From Pseudothermotoga sp. (GTDB lineage: Bacteria > Thermotogota > Thermotogae > Thermotogales > DSM-5069), in NCBI GenBank assembly GCA_031962025.1, contig JAVRKW010000004.1: a DNA stretch of 64,000 bases. The stretch is one strand, 5' to 3'. Shown piece after piece: positions 60,926 through 64,000 of this stretch. A program made the translations under genes and the position numbers. The notes under the pieces are model-generated. The model worked only from the letters and a program-made list of their open reading frames with translations, did not search any database and was not told the origin of the DNA. The stretch's first letter is position 1; each line of letters begins with the position of its first letter.

Positions 60926-62170
60926 ATGAGTAAGAAAAGTGTTGGGTTCGGGAAGATTCTCAGAAAGTATCTTGAAAAGCCTTTGGTTGCAAGAGCTTTG
61001 TTGAAAACAGCTCTGAATTTAGAGCTATCAAGAAGAAAGATGGTCGCACTTTTGAAAAATGATTTTACAAGCTGGATGGATTATTCTGCATTGGACGCTG
61101 TTTGTGGAGCTGTGAATGGCAGAAAGACAGCCTGGGTGAACATGTTTTTCCCGGTCGAGATCGTGCTTGCCTTCGGCTTGAACTGCGTTTCAGCAGAAGG
61201 ACTTTCTGGTATGTTTGCCTCCATGTTTCTGGAAGACATTGCTATCCAGAAGGCTGAGGCATACGGGATCTCCAGAAATCTGTGTACCTTTCACAGGACT
61301 GGCATTGGAATATCACTGCTCAACACTCTGCCAGAGCCACTTTTTGTTGGAACAACGAATGTTTTGTGCGATGGAAATATTCCAACCTTTACCACATATT
61401 CTTCGCTCAACTCAATTCCCATATACGTGATCGATGTTCCAAGAAAAGACGACCAGCAAAATCAGTTGTATCTGACAAAACAAATTGAAAACCTCATCTA
61501 CGCACTTGAAAACCAGCTAAAAAGGAAATTCAATTATTCGCTTCTTCAGCGGATTTTGACGGCAGAAAGACAGGCATTTGATATGATCAGAGAAGTCTAT
61601 CCAAAACTCTGTGAAAATCCCATACCCATGGAGCTTTATCAGCACGTGAATGTACTCTATGCCTTTCATCTGAGACCAAATCAGTTACTGAGGGCGGCAA
61701 GATCGCTTTTGATGAACAAACCATCGCCAGCAAATGGCAAAATAAGGTTGTTGTGGCTTCATCTTGCTCCTTATTATGACAACGAGCTTTACCAGATTTT
61801 CTCGAAAAATTCTAAATTCATGGTTGTAACAAGCGAATACGAATGGGACTGGCTTTACTGGCATCCTGATCCGCACAGACCCGTTGAATCTCTGGCACAG
61901 AAACTTTTGAAAAACCCACAAATAGGTGATCTTTCAAAAAGAATAGACTTTCTGACAAAACTCGCCGATGATTTTAAGGTTCATGGAGTTATTCACTTCA
62001 ATCACTGGGGTTGTAAACAGTCATCTGGATCGGTCTTTCTGCTGAAAGAGGAATTCGAACGACGCGGTATACCATTTTTGTCTTTGGATGGAGACTGCGT
62101 TGATCATACCAATCAATCTGCCGCTCAATACAGAACGCGAATAGAAGCTTTTCTGGAGATGATAGGATGA
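60926..62170 (+). CDS. 2-hydroxyacyl-CoA dehydratase subunit (HgdA/B, FldB/C-like)
   Basis: PVEI..AFG, LCTF, CDG, HWGCKQ, LDGD, TRIEAFLEM; ATG after GGAGG. Confidence 0.82.
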   Translation: MSKKSVGFGKILRKYLEKPLVARALLKTALNLELSRRKMVALLKNDFTSWMDYSALDAVCGAVNGRKTAWVNMFFPVEIVLAFGLNCVSAEGLSGMFASMFLEDIAIQKAEAYGISRNLCTFHRTGIGISLLNTLPEPLFVGTTNVLCDGNIPTFTTYSSLNSIPIYVIDVPRKDDQQNQLYLTKQIENLIYALENQLKRKFNYSLLQRILTAERQAFDMIREVYPKLCENPIPMELYQHVNVLYAFHLRPNQLLRAARSLLMNKPSPANGKIRLLWLHLAPYYDNELYQIFSKNSKFMVVTSEYEWDWLYWHPDPHRPVESLAQKLLKNPQIGDLSKRIDFLTKLADDFKVHGVIHFNHWGCKQSSGSVFLLKEEFERRGIPFLSLDGDCVDHTNQSAAQYRTRIEAFLEMIG

Positions 62171-63852
62171 TCGTTTACAACTGTCCGATGGTGCCGTTTG
62201 AATTCTTTCAGGCACTTGGTGTGCTATATAGGAGAGTTGAGAACACAGGTTGTGAATTTGACAAGCTCAATCCCAATATCTGTTCTTTTTGCAGAAAATC
62301 TGTTCTATCAGTTAACAGAGACGATGTACTTGTATGGGTTGATTCATGTGATTCATCAAGAAGAGCTGCAGATTTTCTAAAGCAAACCAACAGGGTTTTT
62401 GAACTTCACATACCTGTTTTTTCAGATGATCAGGCGATTTTAAAGCTGTCAGATGATTTAAAGGCACTCTGGCAGTTTTTGAAATCTGTATACGGTGATG
62501 TGAGCGATGAAAAACTCTTCAGAGCCCATAAAACTATTCAGGAACAAGTGAATTTACTTGAAAAAGCCTTAACAGAAGATTTGAAACAGGCTCAAAGGCT
62601 ATATGAACAGATCACGGGCCAGAAATGGATAGGTTCTACAAAGTTGAATGCCAATCCCGTTCTGATTCTTGGCGCTCCCATTGATGAAAACATGGTCAAA
62701 ATCGTCGAAGAAAATAACGGTTATGTCATCAACGCAACCTGTTCCGGTGCCTATTCGATGATTTCAAAAACTTTGGACAGTGAAGATGTTTTTAAAAATA
62801 TCGCGTACAGAATTTTGAATAAAAAATTGATGTGCATGAGGTCAACCCAAAGAAATATCTCAGATCTTATACAGCTTACAAAGCCTTCCGCAATAGTTCT
62901 TCATACCATCAAATTCTGCGATTTTTACCACTTTGATGAAAGACTGTTGCAAAAGACCGGCATACCCTTTGTCGTAATAGAAAATGATCTGACGTCTTTC
63001 TCAAATGCCCAGATAAAAACTCGAATTCAGGCTTTGATGGAGCTTTCGGCAGATCGAAAAAATAGTCTTTCAAAGACATACGAGCTGTTTGTCGGTATCG
63101 ACAGCGGTTCAACCACCACAAAGATCGCCGTTCTTGATAAGAATTCAAAACTTTTATACAAAAACGTCGTCAAAACAGGTGCTTATCCTGTCATGACTGC
63201 GAAAAAACTCTACGATCAGGTCATCGAGAAATTCAAAATAAACAGCAAAGAAATCTACCTTGTCAGCACCGGCTATGGAAGGAATATACTCGATTTTGCA
63301 AATGAGCAGGTGACGGAGATCACCTGCCATGCCAAGGGTGTTCACTTTTTCATGCCAATGGCAAAGACAATAATTGACATAGGCGGGCAGGATAGCAAGG
63401 TGATAAAGGTTGAAGATGGTCAGGTTGTTGAATTTGTTATGAATGACAAATGCGCCGCAGGTACCGGCAGGTTTCTTGAAGTCATGGCAAATGTCCTTGA
63501 AACACCCTTAGAAAAAATAGGTGAACTGTCATTGCGTCACAGCAGTGAAATCGATATAAGTAGTGTCTGTACTGTGTTTGCTGAATCAGAGGTGGTATCG
63601 CTCAGAGCATCTGGTTATTCAAGAGAAGACATACTCTATGCGATTCACAAAGCAATTGCAAAAAGGATAAGTACAATGTATCAAAGAGTAAAAGGTTTAG
63701 AACCGGTGGTACTAACCGGCGGTGTGGCATTGAACAGGGGCTTGAAAGCTGCCCTTGAGAAAACCATCGGTGTGAAGATCGAAGTACCGCCAGAGCCAGT
63801 TTTAACAGGTGCAATTGGAGCGGCGGTCATCGGGTATCAAAGGTCCCAATGA
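62167..63852 (+). CDS. Dehydratase-subunit/activase (HgdC/BcrAD-like) fusion
   Basis: N-terminal ICSFC, SCD, IKFCDFY, TRIQA; C-terminal GIDSGSTTTK, TGYGR, DIGGQDSK, MNDKCAAGTG, CTVFAESE. Confidence 0.85.
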   Translation: MIVYNCPMVPFEFFQALGVLYRRVENTGCEFDKLNPNICSFCRKSVLSVNRDDVLVWVDSCDSSRRAADFLKQTNRVFELHIPVFSDDQAILKLSDDLKALWQFLKSVYGDVSDEKLFRAHKTIQEQVNLLEKALTEDLKQAQRLYEQITGQKWIGSTKLNANPVLILGAPIDENMVKIVEENNGYVINATCSGAYSMISKTLDSEDVFKNIAYRILNKKLMCMRSTQRNISDLIQLTKPSAIVLHTIKFCDFYHFDERLLQKTGIPFVVIENDLTSFSNAQIKTRIQALMELSADRKNSLSKTYELFVGIDSGSTTTKIAVLDKNSKLLYKNVVKTGAYPVMTAKKLYDQVIEKFKINSKEIYLVSTGYGRNILDFANEQVTEITCHAKGVHFFMPMAKTIIDIGGQDSKVIKVEDGQVVEFVMNDKCAAGTGRFLEVMANVLETPLEKIGELSLRHSSEIDISSVCTVFAESEVVSLRASGYSREDILYAIHKAIAKRISTMYQRVKGLEPVVLTGGVALNRGLKAALEKTIGVKIEVPPEPVLTGAIGAAVIGYQRSQ

Positions 63853-64000
63853 ATCTGTATCTTCCTTTTTTCAGGTGCACTCCAAATACGCAGGAACCTG
63901 TTCCCGTCATCATTGCTGTTATCGGATCTTCCATCCATGCCATATCAAGGCTGTTTTTTACCTGTGAATACTCAGAGCAGGCGATGTTCTGAAAAACATT
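63827..64000 (-). CDS. ispE: C-terminal end of a GHMP kinase, likely CDP-ME kinase (partial)
   Basis: Manual translation NVFQNIA...AMMTGTGSCVFG...*; runs off the window edge. Confidence 0.65.
   Translation of the reverse strand, partial: NVFQNIACSEYSQVKNSLDMAWMEDPITAMMTGTGSCVFGVHLKKGRYRFIGTFDTR

Overview
Bacterial chromosomal window, most likely Thermotogota (Pseudothermotoga-like), inferred from the frr-uppS-cdsA-alaS order, tRNA-Arg(GCG), LonC, CsaB and the flagellar gene set. Housekeeping blocks: acpP, nfo, rqcH, frr-alaS; fliK-flgDE-flbD-motAB-fliLMY; five tRNAs; uvrA, tsaB, lonC, glmS, a 2-hydroxyacyl-CoA dehydratase/activase pair and a partial ispE. Two accessory regions lie between them. 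(1) About 11-28.7 kb is a partly decaying Wzx/Wzy surface-polysaccharide locus, with an internally deleted wecB and an amber-interrupted glycosyltransferase. It is interrupted by an opposite-strand DUF1659-DUF2922-small protein-sigma-region-2-only cassette and by a 309-bp IS200/IS605 miniature element that keeps both ends, a promoter and essentially only the omega-RNA-sized 3' end of tnpB. Two mosaic tandem AAA-ATPase/PD-(D/E)XK genes follow. (2) About 29.9-38.4 kb holds an XRE regulator divergent from an uncharacterised six-gene membrane operon built around a 921-aa single-pass protein, plus an archaeal-type ATPase with tandem palindromic operators. All calls come from reading motifs by eye; no database searches were run.
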